DNA from: Candidatus Bathyarchaeota archaeon | Lineage (GTDB): Archaea > Thermoproteota > Bathyarchaeia > 40CM-2-53-6 | DNA length: 64,000 nucleotides | NCBI GenBank assembly: GCA_963833125.1 | Contig: CAWHWX010000028.1 | Location: 1 to 64,000 of the forward strand | Reading direction: 5' to 3' | Part shown: positions 9,014-19,550 of the stretch, in pieces | How positions within the stretch are numbered: position 1 is the stretch's first letter | Layout of the letters: every line of letters begins with the position of its first letter | The notes under the pieces: generated by a model | Databases searched by the model: none | The model's input: the letters and a program-made list of their open reading frames with translations, nothing else | What the model was told of the DNA's origin: nothing | Position numbers and translations under genes: made by a program

Positions 9014-9082
9014 TTTTGGCGCGACCATGAATGATCAGGGCGTGCATTCTGTAGCTACTCCCCCGTTCCCCGAGGACATGGC

Positions 9083-11230
9083 ATGAGGTCCCGTTTCGCA
9101 ACGGTCGTGCTGTTTTGCGTAATCACCTGGAATTTCGGGTTCGCTGCGGAGCCGGCTGACTCCTGGAGCTTGAGTACTGACGACACGGAGATCACAATAA
9201 CCGTGCAAAACGGGGTTCCCGTTCTGACCTATCTGGCTTCGCCGCAATCCAAGTCCAACTGGATCGCGGCGCCTCTTCCCGAAAAACTTCTTCCTGCCGT
9301 CGTCTTGCACGGATCGTCACTTGCCACCGATTGGAAATTTGCGGGCGGTTCTTATGACAAGCCGAGCGGCAAACTCATCTTGCGCTTTCTCAATTCTTCT
9401 CCAGCACTGGAGTTGCAATCCATCTGGCAGGCGCGGCCAGGACACGGTCCGGTGGAGCATTGGCTCACCATCGCCAATCACTCCGGCGAAGCGATCACTG
9501 TTGGTCATCAGGATAGCCTCGTGCTGCATCTGTCCATTCCGGCAAATGAGTCGACCAACGCGTGGTGGATCAAGCGCGGCGGCGGCGACGCCAGCACCGA
9601 AGGGGGCACGTTTGTACGCAGCATCGGCAGAGACTTCGGCCAGACGCTAGTCAGCGATCCGTTGGACGGTGCAAGCCCTGTGCCCTGGATGGCTCTGCAA
9701 GTGGGCACCGAGCACGGCCTGTATGTGGGATGGGAGTTCTCCGCTCTGGGACGCATTCGGGCCTACAAGCCCGACGATGGTTCGGAACAAGCCGACGCCG
9801 GCCCGGCTGCGGTGAACCTCGAAATTGGCGTTCTTCCGGAATTCAAGACGGACCTTCCCGCGGGAGAGACTTTTCTTGTGCCGCCGGCGTTCGTCGGTTG
9901 TTACACAGGCGACGTGGATGCCGGCAGTTATACGCTCCATCGCTTCGTGATGGAAAAACTGCTGCCAAAACTTCCTCCGGACTATCCTTATCCGACGCTC
10001 GCCTACAATCTTTACCTCGACAGCGGCGGCGATCACGCGGACGAAAAAAGCGTGCTGCGCAGCGCCGCCTTCGCCCACGACATGGGATTCGAAACATTCG
10101 TCGTGGACGCCATGTGGTTTCCCAAATCTGGTGATTGGCGCTGGGACCCAAAACGCTTCCCCAACGGCGTTCGCCCCATAGAAGAGTACATCCATGGTCA
10201 CGGCATGAAGCTTGGCCACTGGATGGCCTACACTCATGGTTCTAATTCCGATTTTGAATCTCCAGTTACGCTCAATGCGTTTAAGCACGCGGATTGGTTC
10301 ACCAAGCCGATCAAGATCGCTCCCGAAGATATTCTCAATTGGGACACGCGCATTGATTTGGGCTACGATCCCGCGCGCGACTGGGCGGAACAAGCCACGC
10401 AACATGTGGTCACCGATTACAAGCTTGACTTCTTCAAGACGGACTGGAGTCCCATTGAGACCAGCTGCGAACAGACCAATCATCGTCATCACTACGGAGT
10501 GGATGTCAGCTATTGGTCCACGCTGGGCTACTACGCAGTGCAGGACCAACTGCTCGAAAAATTCCCCAATTTGATGATCGAAGGCTGCTCCGGTGCGGGA
10601 CACATCAAAGACTTCGGCGACATCAGACACATCCATTCCCGTGCCGTTACGGACACTCTCTCATCTCTACCTGACCGCCAGGCAGTTTACGATTCAACCT
10701 TCGCGCTTCCGCCAGCGGTTCTTCTCGCCTACACCTACGAAAATCATTACGACCGCGTGTTCGATGCTCCCGAGCCGTATCTGTGGCGCTCCGCTATGAT
10801 GAGCGGCTGGCAGATTGATCCGACCAACAGCGCCAGCTGGACTGCGGAGCAACGCGCGAAGGTTAGGAGAGCAACGGAAATTTACAAGACTTGGATCCGT
10901 CCGATTCTGCAGGATGCCGAGGTTCATCACATTCTGCCGCGGCCAGACGGCTACCACTGGGACGGCATGTTTTACTGGAGCCCAAGCTTGCAGCGCGGCA
11001 CGCTGTACATCTTTCGTCCGAATAGCGACCAAGGGATTCAACGGGTTGCGCTTAGGGGACTTTCGCCTGACGGAACTTACGAAGTTCGAAGCGAAGACAA
11101 TTCCACGCCGCGAGCCACCTATTCGGGCGCCGCACTGATGAAACGAGGACTTGACCTTCAGCTGCCCGCCAAGTACACCAGCGATTTGATCTATATCGAA
11201 CAGAAGACATCGAAAACCACCCTGCAGTGA
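9083..11230 (+). CDS. Secreted glycoside hydrolase family 36 (alpha-galactosidase-like)
   Basis: Signal peptide, FVVDAMW...GDWRWD..RFPNG, FFKTDW (nucleophile Asp), IEGCSGAG, VTD (acid/base), GH36 C-terminal beta domain. Confidence 0.85.
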   Translation: MRSRFATVVLFCVITWNFGFAAEPADSWSLSTDDTEITITVQNGVPVLTYLASPQSKSNWIAAPLPEKLLPAVVLHGSSLATDWKFAGGSYDKPSGKLILRFLNSSPALELQSIWQARPGHGPVEHWLTIANHSGEAITVGHQDSLVLHLSIPANESTNAWWIKRGGGDASTEGGTFVRSIGRDFGQTLVSDPLDGASPVPWMALQVGTEHGLYVGWEFSALGRIRAYKPDDGSEQADAGPAAVNLEIGVLPEFKTDLPAGETFLVPPAFVGCYTGDVDAGSYTLHRFVMEKLLPKLPPDYPYPTLAYNLYLDSGGDHADEKSVLRSAAFAHDMGFETFVVDAMWFPKSGDWRWDPKRFPNGVRPIEEYIHGHGMKLGHWMAYTHGSNSDFESPVTLNAFKHADWFTKPIKIAPEDILNWDTRIDLGYDPARDWAEQATQHVVTDYKLDFFKTDWSPIETSCEQTNHRHHYGVDVSYWSTLGYYAVQDQLLEKFPNLMIEGCSGAGHIKDFGDIRHIHSRAVTDTLSSLPDRQAVYDSTFALPPAVLLAYTYENHYDRVFDAPEPYLWRSAMMSGWQIDPTNSASWTAEQRAKVRRATEIYKTWIRPILQDAEVHHILPRPDGYHWDGMFYWSPSLQRGTLYIFRPNSDQGIQRVALRGLSPDGTYEVRSEDNSTPRATYSGAALMKRGLDLQLPAKYTSDLIYIEQKTSKTTLQ

Positions 11231-11530
11231 AGCGTTCCTGACCAGCCCAATTGAAATATTTCATAATACGAAATGATTTCCATTGGTGCCTATGCAGAAC
11301 TTATCTTCCTTGATAGCAATTAAATAACTATAAATGCTGTACTTATGGCGTCATAGTTAGTTTCATTAAATGAAACTTATGACGAACCCTCTATCGAGTT
11401 TGACAAGTTTCCATGACCACTGCCAAGCTCGCGTCGTCGTGAGCTAGGTTCAGGTCCTGGGATCGGACTTAATTCCGATCTGTCGTAAGACCCAGAATCA
11501 CTCGTGAACCAAAATGGACCAATTGTCTAA

Positions 11531-11543
11531 TGAACTATGTTCA
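11531..11543. promoter_or_regulatory. Palindrome TGAAC-TAT-GTTCA upstream of a TonB-dependent receptor (candidate LacI-family operator)
   Basis: Identical 13-mer at 56027..56039 and TGAAC-CGC-GTTCA at 55921..55933 beside the lacI-family gene. Confidence 0.5.
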
Positions 11544-11643
11544 TAATTGAAATTTTGGGATGAAGCCCCATTTTGATTGGGGAGTAGAAAACACAGTACA
11601 GCTGGCTGGCGTAATTCAGCCGAATTCGCTCGGGAGAGACTGA

Positions 11644-14600
11644 ATGAAAAAGACATCAATTGTGGCGATAATCGCGGCGGTTCTCTTAGGACTATGTGCG
11701 GCCCCGTTGTGGGGACAAATCGAAGTCGGCCGTGTCACCGGCACGGTGACTGATCAAACCGGCGCCTTGGTGAATGGCGCGAAAGTCACCCTGACGAATA
11801 ATGACACCGGCGTGGTCGCGACCAAATTGACTGCCGACGGCATCTACGCTTTTACGGCGGTGCAGCCCGGCACCTATACGCTAAGGATCGAGAGTGCGGG
11901 CTTCTCCACGCGAGTTACCCCGAACGTCATTGTGCACGTACAGCAGGTGGACACGGTGGACGCCCAGCTTGCTCCGGGCAAGGTCACCGAGGAGGTGGTG
12001 GTCAACACCACTACGCCGTTGTTACAGGCGGAAACCGCGGAGGTCGGCCAGACCATCAGCACAGTTGCGGTGAACGATATGCCGCTGAATGGCCGGCTGT
12101 GGTCCTCGCTGGGCATGCTTACCGCCGGAGTAAATACTGCTGTTCCGGGCTACAGCAATGATGGTTCCAGCGGCAACCCCAGTTCCGCTTACTACTCGGT
12201 CAATGGCCAGGCCCTGGGGACGAATGACTTCCGGCTGGACGGCGTGGGGGATATGAATGAGTTCTACGGCGCCGGGGCACAGATTCAGCCGCCCCCCGAT
12301 GCCATTGAAGAGTTCAAAATTCAAACCGGCGACTACAGCGCAGAATTTGGCCACAGCACGAGCGCCGTCATCAACGCCCTGGTTAAGTCCGGAACCAACA
12401 AACTCCACGGCGATCTCTGGGATTACTTCCGCAATAACGACCTGGATGCCAAGGACTACTTTACCGCCCGAAATAATGCTCCGTTACCCGAACTGCGCCA
12501 GAATCAGTTCGGGGGCACAGTGGGCGGACCGATTTACATCCCGCACGTTTACGACGGCAGAAACAAAAGCTTCTTCTTCTTTGACTATCAGGAACTCAAG
12601 GCCATCACGCCGACTTCGAATACCACGATTGTGCCATCCGATTTGATGCAGAGCAGCAGCTTTACCAATCTGCAGGACCTGATCAAGTTCGCCTCGGGAG
12701 CAAATACGGATGTGTTGGGCAGAATGTTTCCGACAGGTACCGTTCTGGATCCTGCCACCACACGATCCATCGGCTGCGGCGTTGTGGACGCTACGAGCGG
12801 CCTGGCGGGGCCGGCTTGCCCGTCGGGCAGTCCGGCCGGAACGTCTATCGGATACGTCAGAGACCCTTTCTTCAACAACAACAGCATTGTAGGCATCACA
12901 AATTTCACGACCGCGGGAAATGAGGCCAATCTGAACCTGCTTCCGGCAGGCCGCCTCGACCCGAACGCACTTGCCTTGCTGAAACTTTTTCCGTCGTCCA
13001 CCAACAAGAACGCTTACTATTCTGGCAATTACTTCCAGAACTATAAGGTCAAAGAGACAGACCGGCAGTTCGATATCCGCATTGACCACAATTTCAGCGA
13101 CCGGGACAGCATTTCCGGGTTCTATAGCTATGCAAAAAATGACCAATTCACGCCCCCATTCTTGCCCGGGGTTTTAGATGGTAGCGATTATTACAACGGG
13201 GATTATCTCCAGCCCCGCCAGTCGGTCTCGGGAAGTTGGACCCACGTTTTTAGCCCCACCCTGACCAATGAATTCCGTATGGGCTATGGCAAGCAGGATC
13301 GCTACGCCGAGGCGCCGGAAGCCAACACTTTCGGAATTCCGGCTCAGTATGGCATTCAGGGCGTCCCCCAGGTTACGGGGAATGGCGGGCTTCCCTATAT
13401 TGGTGTCGCCGACCTTGCCAGCATGGGTCCCTCGCCCTACACCCCGACCATCTTTCACTCTCACAACCTGCAGGTTATTGACAACGTGACCAAGATTTAC
13501 GGCAAGCACGTATTCAAAATGGGGATGGATATCAACAGCCTGGAAGGCGATATCGATCAGCCACCGTGGGGACGCGGTTACTTCGACCTCAGCGGGGAAT
13601 ACACGGACGTTCCCACCGAGAATAACGGCACTACAGGAATCGCCCAATTCCTGCTGAGTCCCATTGCGAACACGGCGGGCAGCGGGCTGGCTTTCCCGAG
13701 CTTCGTCGGCGGACCAGACTACGTCCAGGCTTCGAGTGCCTCCTTCACCAACGATCACCGCTGGTACGTCGCCGGCTATATTGAGGATGCCTTCAAGGTG
13801 ACACCAACGCTCACATTAGATCTGGGGCTGCGCTACGACTTGTTCACGCCTTATTCGGAGGACAATGGGCTCCAGGCGAATTTCGTTCCCAACGGGGGGA
13901 ACGGACCGGGCGGTGCCTATTACATTCCCGAGACCTCCTGCGGTTATCCCAGCAATCCGGCGTTCGAGACCCTGTTGGCAACCGACGGAATCAAGACGGT
14001 CTGCTCGGCGGGATTGGACACGGGTTCCTACCCGAAGACGAACTTCGCTCCCCGTTTCGGGATCGCCAAGCGCATCACCCCGCGGTACGTACTGCGGTCC
14101 GGATTCGGTATTACCTACAGTCCGCTCGATACCATCGGATACGGACCGAATATCGCGCTCAACTATCCCTTCTATTACAACGTGGCCTACGGCACCCAAA
14201 CGGATCATCAGCCGCTGCGTTTCCCTGATCCCAACACTGGGGTGAACGCGACGTTGGAAACCGGACTTTCGCCCATCACCCCATCCGCGATTGATCCTGA
14301 GGGCCTGCAGCTGCAAAGCCGCTATCCCTTCGCGCAGCGGACGCCCTACGTGATGACCTACAACCTGACCAACCAGTACGAAATCACCCACAACGATTCG
14401 ATACAAATATCCTACGTGGGCAGCCTCTCGCGGCATTTGACCAACCTGATCGGATTCAATCAGCCCAATGTACTGATTGCTCCCGGTTTTTCTACAAGGC
14501 CTTTTCTGCCCTTCCCGGATTTCTCGGGAGGAAGTTTGCACGACACCAACGGCGTAGCGGAGTACAACTCGGCCCGAGTCGAGTACGAGCGCCGCCTGAG

Positions 14601-15330
14601 CTCAGGACTTTCCGTCCTGGGGAACTACACTTTCGCCCGCTGTTTATCCGATAACAATCCCCAGGAGGGCGGCGTCGGCGCCAGGGCTCCGTGGCTCCCT
14701 GGGTTCGGGTCCCGCGGCGAGTTTACCAACTGCTACGAAGGAATCGAACATACCATCCACATCTCTGGGACCTACAAGCTTCCCTTTGGCCCCAAGATGC
14801 ACTGGCAAGGCAACGGGGCGACCAACGCCGTGCTGGGCGGGTGGCAACTCAACTGGATCTACACTTACCAAAGCGGCAACTATTTCGGAGTTCCTTGCAC
14901 GGTGGCGCCCACGGCTTGGATTAACTGCTACGCCAGCGTTTCGGGCGATCCTTATGCCGGCGGCCACACCGTGGATCACTGGCTGAACCCCACTGCCGGC
15001 GTCTTCAACAATGCGCCGCAACCCACTTCGTCGCAGTACGATCCGACGACCGGAGTGCTATACAACCAAGCCAATACGGGTTTCCTCGGGCGCAACAACG
15101 AGTTCACCGGGCCGTCTTTCTACAACATCGACGCCTCGGTGTTCAAGGAGTTCCACATCAACGAAGCCAACTACTTCCAGTTCCGGGCGGAGGCTTTCAA
15201 CATGCTGAATCATCCGCAGTTTGACAATCCGAGCGATCTGAACTTTAGCGGTGACCCGGCCTTCGGCGCAATCACCGGGGTGCGGAACGGCGGCAGAATT
15301 CTGCAGCTGGCGTTGAAGTTCTACTATTAG
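11644..15330 (+). CDS. TonB-dependent receptor (Oar-like, with N-terminal carboxypeptidase-regulatory-like domain)
   Basis: Signal peptide, GTVTDQTGA, PLNGR, DAIEEFKIQT..YSAEFG, KSGTN.LHG, LGLRYD, FAPRFG, FRAEAFN..NHPQF, C-terminal RILQLALKFYY. Confidence 0.93.
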   Translation: MKKTSIVAIIAAVLLGLCAAPLWGQIEVGRVTGTVTDQTGALVNGAKVTLTNNDTGVVATKLTADGIYAFTAVQPGTYTLRIESAGFSTRVTPNVIVHVQQVDTVDAQLAPGKVTEEVVVNTTTPLLQAETAEVGQTISTVAVNDMPLNGRLWSSLGMLTAGVNTAVPGYSNDGSSGNPSSAYYSVNGQALGTNDFRLDGVGDMNEFYGAGAQIQPPPDAIEEFKIQTGDYSAEFGHSTSAVINALVKSGTNKLHGDLWDYFRNNDLDAKDYFTARNNAPLPELRQNQFGGTVGGPIYIPHVYDGRNKSFFFFDYQELKAITPTSNTTIVPSDLMQSSSFTNLQDLIKFASGANTDVLGRMFPTGTVLDPATTRSIGCGVVDATSGLAGPACPSGSPAGTSIGYVRDPFFNNNSIVGITNFTTAGNEANLNLLPAGRLDPNALALLKLFPSSTNKNAYYSGNYFQNYKVKETDRQFDIRIDHNFSDRDSISGFYSYAKNDQFTPPFLPGVLDGSDYYNGDYLQPRQSVSGSWTHVFSPTLTNEFRMGYGKQDRYAEAPEANTFGIPAQYGIQGVPQVTGNGGLPYIGVADLASMGPSPYTPTIFHSHNLQVIDNVTKIYGKHVFKMGMDINSLEGDIDQPPWGRGYFDLSGEYTDVPTENNGTTGIAQFLLSPIANTAGSGLAFPSFVGGPDYVQASSASFTNDHRWYVAGYIEDAFKVTPTLTLDLGLRYDLFTPYSEDNGLQANFVPNGGNGPGGAYYIPETSCGYPSNPAFETLLATDGIKTVCSAGLDTGSYPKTNFAPRFGIAKRITPRYVLRSGFGITYSPLDTIGYGPNIALNYPFYYNVAYGTQTDHQPLRFPDPNTGVNATLETGLSPITPSAIDPEGLQLQSRYPFAQRTPYVMTYNLTNQYEITHNDSIQISYVGSLSRHLTNLIGFNQPNVLIAPGFSTRPFLPFPDFSGGSLHDTNGVAEYNSARVEYERRLSSGLSVLGNYTFARCLSDNNPQEGGVGARAPWLPGFGSRGEFTNCYEGIEHTIHISGTYKLPFGPKMHWQGNGATNAVLGGWQLNWIYTYQSGNYFGVPCTVAPTAWINCYASVSGDPYAGGHTVDHWLNPTAGVFNNAPQPTSSQYDPTTGVLYNQANTGFLGRNNEFTGPSFYNIDASVFKEFHINEANYFQFRAEAFNMLNHPQFDNPSDLNFSGDPAFGAITGVRNGGRILQLALKFYY

Positions 15331-15412
15331 AAGCTTGATGTGGGCCTGTAACTACACTTCAAGACATGGGCGTTTCCTCCAGGGGAACGCTCATGGGTCT
15401 CAGTTAAACCTT

Positions 15413-15444
15413 GCCTGCCTTCATGCTGAAGGCAGGCGTTTTCT
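15413..15444 (+). terminator. Intrinsic terminator after the TonB-dependent receptor
   Basis: GCCTGCCTTCA-tgc-TGAAGGCAGGC followed by GTTTTCT. Confidence 0.7.
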
Positions 15445-15642
15445 CCTTAATACTCGGGCATCATCCGACATTCTTACGCTTTGCCGCCTGCCAAAAATCC
15501 AATCACGATGATTCCCCAAACCCCACTCTTTTATGGTGAACAATGTTCGATACAGCCCGAAATTGCTGGTAGATTACTCATAAGTGTGGGGCGGCGGCTC
15601 GGGGGCGAGCAACGCATTTTGCAGAGAGTGGGGACGTCAACT

Positions 15643-16029
15643 GTGAAGGTATTTCTGCTGGTAGTGGGTTCGCTTCTGATTTGTCTGTTTGCCAAGGCGC
15701 AAGAAAGCACGCCACCCTCTGCACCGAATGCAGCTGCGGATGCTGCCTCAATTCCACAAATTTCCTATCCAGACCCCGACATCGGCGCCACTGTTCGTGT
15801 GCATGCGGCGGGACAGACTTATACTCGCTATAACGACGGCAAATCCGGTTATCTCTCACAGAGCCAGTTGCCGCTCTATTTTGGTCTGGGCGATGCCGAA
15901 AAGATTGCTCAAGTCGAAATAGATTGGCCCTCCGGGCGGAAGCAAATGATTACGGAGGGGCTCAAGGTGAACGACACATTGTGGATCACCGAACCCGGGC
16001 CGCCATCCCATCGCGTCGTGGCACAATAG
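15643..16029 (+). CDS. Signal peptide fused in frame to a lone ASPIC/UnbV domain (internally deleted CRTAC1-family gene)
   Basis: VKVFLLVVGSLLICLFAKA signal, then IGATVRV...GYLSQSQLPLYFGLG....VEIDWPSG. The FG-GAP propeller is missing. Confidence 0.75.
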   Translation: MKVFLLVVGSLLICLFAKAQESTPPSAPNAAADAASIPQISYPDPDIGATVRVHAAGQTYTRYNDGKSGYLSQSQLPLYFGLGDAEKIAQVEIDWPSGRKQMITEGLKVNDTLWITEPGPPSHRVVAQ

Positions 16030-16030
16030 A

Positions 16031-17017
16031 GTGCAGCTCCAAAACGCTCGCAAAAAGCCAAAGATGCGTCTGTTCCCAATACCGGTTCGTGTCATTCTGT
16101 GGGTGTTTGTGCTCCAAGTTTGTTGTTTGGCAGCCACGACAAACGACACCATCGGCCAAGCGTCTGCGTTCGCTCGTGCAGGAAAAACGAAGGAAGCAGA
16201 AACGCTGTTACGCTCGGCGGTGGCAGACGCTCCGGATTCAGCCGAGCTCCACGGGGCATTGGGAAAGCTTCTTTTCACCGAACAAAACTACACCGATGCG
16301 GTGCAGGAGTTGAATCAGGCAGAACAACTGGCCCCGGAATCGCGTGAGTACAATATGCTGCTGGCAGCCGCGTTACTAGGCGCGAAACGCTACGGGGTAG
16401 CACGAAGTTTCCTCCTGGCGATTGAGCCACGGTTCAAGCAATTTCCTGAATTCCACTATTCGTTAGGCCTTGCCTATTACAACCTGGATGACATCACAAA
16501 ATCCGAGAAGGAGCTGCAAGAAGCGCTGCGCCTCGATCCTAAGCTCGATCGCGCCAGCTTTTTGCTCGCAGCCTGCTTCGCTTCGGAGGGCGAATTTCTC
16601 AAGGCGGCGGGCATACTCAGGGGGCTAGTGAAGGTGCATCCGCGGAACGCGATCTATTGGGCGACGCTGGGCGATGTTCTAAGGCAAGCCGGTAAGCCGT
16701 ACCGTCCGGAAGCTTTACGCGCCTGCCGGCAAGCGCTTGCCATACAGCCTGATTATCCCCATGCCCAATTCGCGATGGCTACAACTTTGCTCGACGCCGG
16801 AGATTTTGCCGGCGCCCGCGTCCTTCTCGAACGCCTTGAACGTCTAAGTCCAAATGAATTAGAGGCTCATATCGCGCTCGCGCGAGTATATAGCAGGCTG
16901 GGCAAGCCTGACCTTGCGAAAAAAGAAAGTGAGATTGTGAGCAGGTTGCAAGCCGAACAGGAGTCCGAAAATCCGTTCGCGCCCAATAGCACAACGAATA
17001 CTCCAGGGCAACGTTGA
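16031..17017 (+). CDS. Secreted tetratricopeptide repeat protein
   Basis: Hydrophobic N-terminus and repeated TPR helices (LHGALGKLL, HYSLGLAY, AHIALARVYSRLGK). Alternative start at ATG 16064. Confidence 0.88.
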   Translation: MQLQNARKKPKMRLFPIPVRVILWVFVLQVCCLAATTNDTIGQASAFARAGKTKEAETLLRSAVADAPDSAELHGALGKLLFTEQNYTDAVQELNQAEQLAPESREYNMLLAAALLGAKRYGVARSFLLAIEPRFKQFPEFHYSLGLAYYNLDDITKSEKELQEALRLDPKLDRASFLLAACFASEGEFLKAAGILRGLVKVHPRNAIYWATLGDVLRQAGKPYRPEALRACRQALAIQPDYPHAQFAMATTLLDAGDFAGARVLLERLERLSPNELEAHIALARVYSRLGKPDLAKKESEIVSRLQAEQESENPFAPNSTTNTPGQR

Positions 17018-17023
17018 ACTATC

Positions 17024-18151
17024 ATGTTTCGATCCGCTCATTTTCGACCGTCAGAGTTGTTACTCGGCATAGTCGTTATGCTTGTCTCATTGTTCCCGCG
17101 GGCTGCCGTGTCTCTCCCAGTTCAGCAAACACCGCGGTCTCCCGCCGCTGAACGAGCACAGGAATTTCAGAAGGATCGCGAGGCTGGAAAGAAATACCTC
17201 AGCGCGGGAAAGCCTTCCCTGGCGATTCCGTTTCTGGAGGAAGCCCGATCCATCAATAGCTCCGACTTTGACAATGGCTGCGACTTAGCGGAAGCCTATC
17301 GGCTAGCCGGAGAACTGGAGCAGGCCCGTCTTGAAGCCTTGCACGCGCTGACCATCCGAAACACTCCCGACGTGCATACCCTGCTGGGTAATATCGCGAC
17401 GGATGCGCATTCTCCCAAAGATGCGGCGAGTGAATATCAGATCGCTGCCCAGATGGATCCGAGCGAAGACAGAATTTTCGATTTTGGCAAGTCACTCATA
17501 GGTTTTGAATCGGATGCTGCGCTGAAGATATTTTCGTATGGGTTAGAGAAATTTCCGAACTCGGCCCTTCTACGCATCGGTTTGGGAGCCTATTTTGACG
17601 TTCATGGAGATTACGAGAAAGCCGCTGAAGCGCTTTGCCAGGCAACGGATCTCGATCCAGATGACCCACGGCCGATTGATTTTCTGGGAAAATTGCTGAC
17701 GGTTTCACCGGAAACCACGGAGCAGATTGATCTGCGGTTTACCAGATTCCTAAAAACTCATCCCAATAGCGCGCACGCCAATTATTATCTCGGGCGCGAT
17801 CTTCTGGACACGAAAGATGGTTTGCCATCTCCAGAAAATCTCGCAAAAGGTGAGCAACTACTGCAAACCGCGATTCGCCTGGATCCTAATTTGGCGGACG
17901 CCTATTTTGAACTTGGCCGGCTCCGGGAAAGGCAAGGTCAAAAGAAGGAGGCCGTATTGGCTTACGAACAGGCCGTAAAGCTCGATCCCAACCAGGGAAA
18001 ATATCACTATCGTTTGTTGATGGCGTACCGCGCGATCGGTGAGTCAGAGAAGGCTAAACGGGAATCGAAAATCTTTCAGCAGTTGCAAGCGGCTGAGGAT
18101 GAGAAGTATGGGCCTAAAGCCATCGAGGGATCGCCTGCGCCTAACGACTAG
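17024..18151 (+). CDS. Secreted tetratricopeptide repeat protein
   Basis: Signal-like N-terminus; TPR motifs (AIRLDPNLADAYFELG, AVKLDP..GKYHYRL). Confidence 0.88.
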   Translation: MFRSAHFRPSELLLGIVVMLVSLFPRAAVSLPVQQTPRSPAAERAQEFQKDREAGKKYLSAGKPSLAIPFLEEARSINSSDFDNGCDLAEAYRLAGELEQARLEALHALTIRNTPDVHTLLGNIATDAHSPKDAASEYQIAAQMDPSEDRIFDFGKSLIGFESDAALKIFSYGLEKFPNSALLRIGLGAYFDVHGDYEKAAEALCQATDLDPDDPRPIDFLGKLLTVSPETTEQIDLRFTRFLKTHPNSAHANYYLGRDLLDTKDGLPSPENLAKGEQLLQTAIRLDPNLADAYFELGRLRERQGQKKEAVLAYEQAVKLDPNQGKYHYRLLMAYRAIGESEKAKRESKIFQQLQAAEDEKYGPKAIEGSPAPND

Positions 18152-18206
18152 GCTTTTCTGTGTTGTCGAGGCATTGTTTGTGGAATCGGATCCGTTACGA
18201 ATCACA

Positions 18207-19420
18207 TTATTTTGGCGAACGCGTTGGGCTTGCGTCGCCTGCCTGATCTCTGGATAACGCCTGCATCTGGCTTGCCGGAACCTCGCTTGCGAGCGCCTGC
18301 CCGCGGGCGATTTCGGCATTTGCCGCGTGAGTGCGTCCGGCTTTCAGCAGAGCGCGCCCGAGTTGCAGGTGGTAGCTACTGTTCTCAGAATCGAGAGCGA
18401 TGGCTCGCTTCAGTGCCATGATCGAGTGTGCGAGATCGCCGGTTTGCAGGCAGGCTCTCCCCAGGTTGGCGAATAACTCCGGCGCATCCGGATTGCGCTC
18501 GTGCCTTTTTTGAGCAAGAGAATGGCGTCTGCCGTGTCTCCCCGATCCAACTCTAGGTCCGAGAGATCTTTGTAGGCCCAGGCATTATCGGGAGCGATTG
18601 CAATCTCCTTTTCGAATTCTCCAGCGGCCTGCTCGAACTGTCCTGTTTTTTGGTAGAGGACGCCCAGGTAATAATGCGCGAAAGGCAAAGGTTCTCCGGA
18701 CGTCGCGTGTTTCAATTCCGCCTCGGCTTTATCGCTGTCGCCTAGCGCCAGATATGCCTTGCCTAGGAGCAGGTGAAGATGAGGCGTGTTATTCCCGGCT
18801 TCAACCAATTGCTCGAAAATCTTGTTGGCGTTGTTGGCCTGTTTCAACATTCCGTAACTGACACCCAACATATAGAGGTATTCGAGGTCATCCTGTTCTC
18901 TGGGAAAGATTGGTTCCAAAGCCGCTATCGCCGGTTTGAAATCATCGGTCATGAAATCGCAGGTTCCTTTGAGATAGTGAGCTTGTAGACTGCCCGGATC
19001 CGCGGAGATTACGTATGAGAATTCCGACGCCGCCCGCTTGAACTCATGCTTCTTGAAGTAGGCCAGGCCGAGGTCAAGGCGAATTGCGGCCACATTTGGA
19101 GCGAGTTTTTCCGCATGTTTCAGCGTGCCGATCGCGGCATCGGTCCGGTTGGTGCGCAGGTACACCGTGCCGAGATTGGCGTACGCCGGCGCGGAATCCG
19201 CTTGCAGCTCAATTACCCGCTTGAAATCCTTCTCCGCGACTGCGTATTGCTGGTTTTCGAGCGCCCTTTGGCCTTGCTCAAAAATGACTCTTGCATCTCG
19301 GGCAGGTTTTTGCGCCCATCCGGACAAGCAGCCGGCCAGCATAAAACACGCCGACAACAACAGCGCCAGTGGTTCTGCAAGGCATTGCGCCGGGTATCGT
19401 AGCATGGCTGGCGGCCGCAC
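18207..19420 (-). CDS. Secreted tetratricopeptide repeat protein (frameshifted near 18420-18490)
   Basis: TPR repeats in ORF 18410..19420 continue in ORF 18207..18419 (ALKRAIALDSENSSYHLQLGRAL). Confidence 0.8.
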
Positions 19421-19550
19421 TGCCGCGCATCCCCAGTGATCGGATTACGTTTGCAATAAAAAAAAACACGATCCCGATATACGGTGTTCCGCCCCCGTCA
19501 TACCCTAGCCGACAATTCCAGAGACTCCGTCCGGATGGCAGGAGATCCCT

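Noticed and set aside
9647-10636. 329-aa antisense ORF inside GH36 (similarly 19983..21263, 27604..28395, 35708..36562, 49244..50029, 54095..54823)
   Set aside because: Shadow ORFs opposite well-supported genes in GC-rich DNA, with no recognisable motifs.
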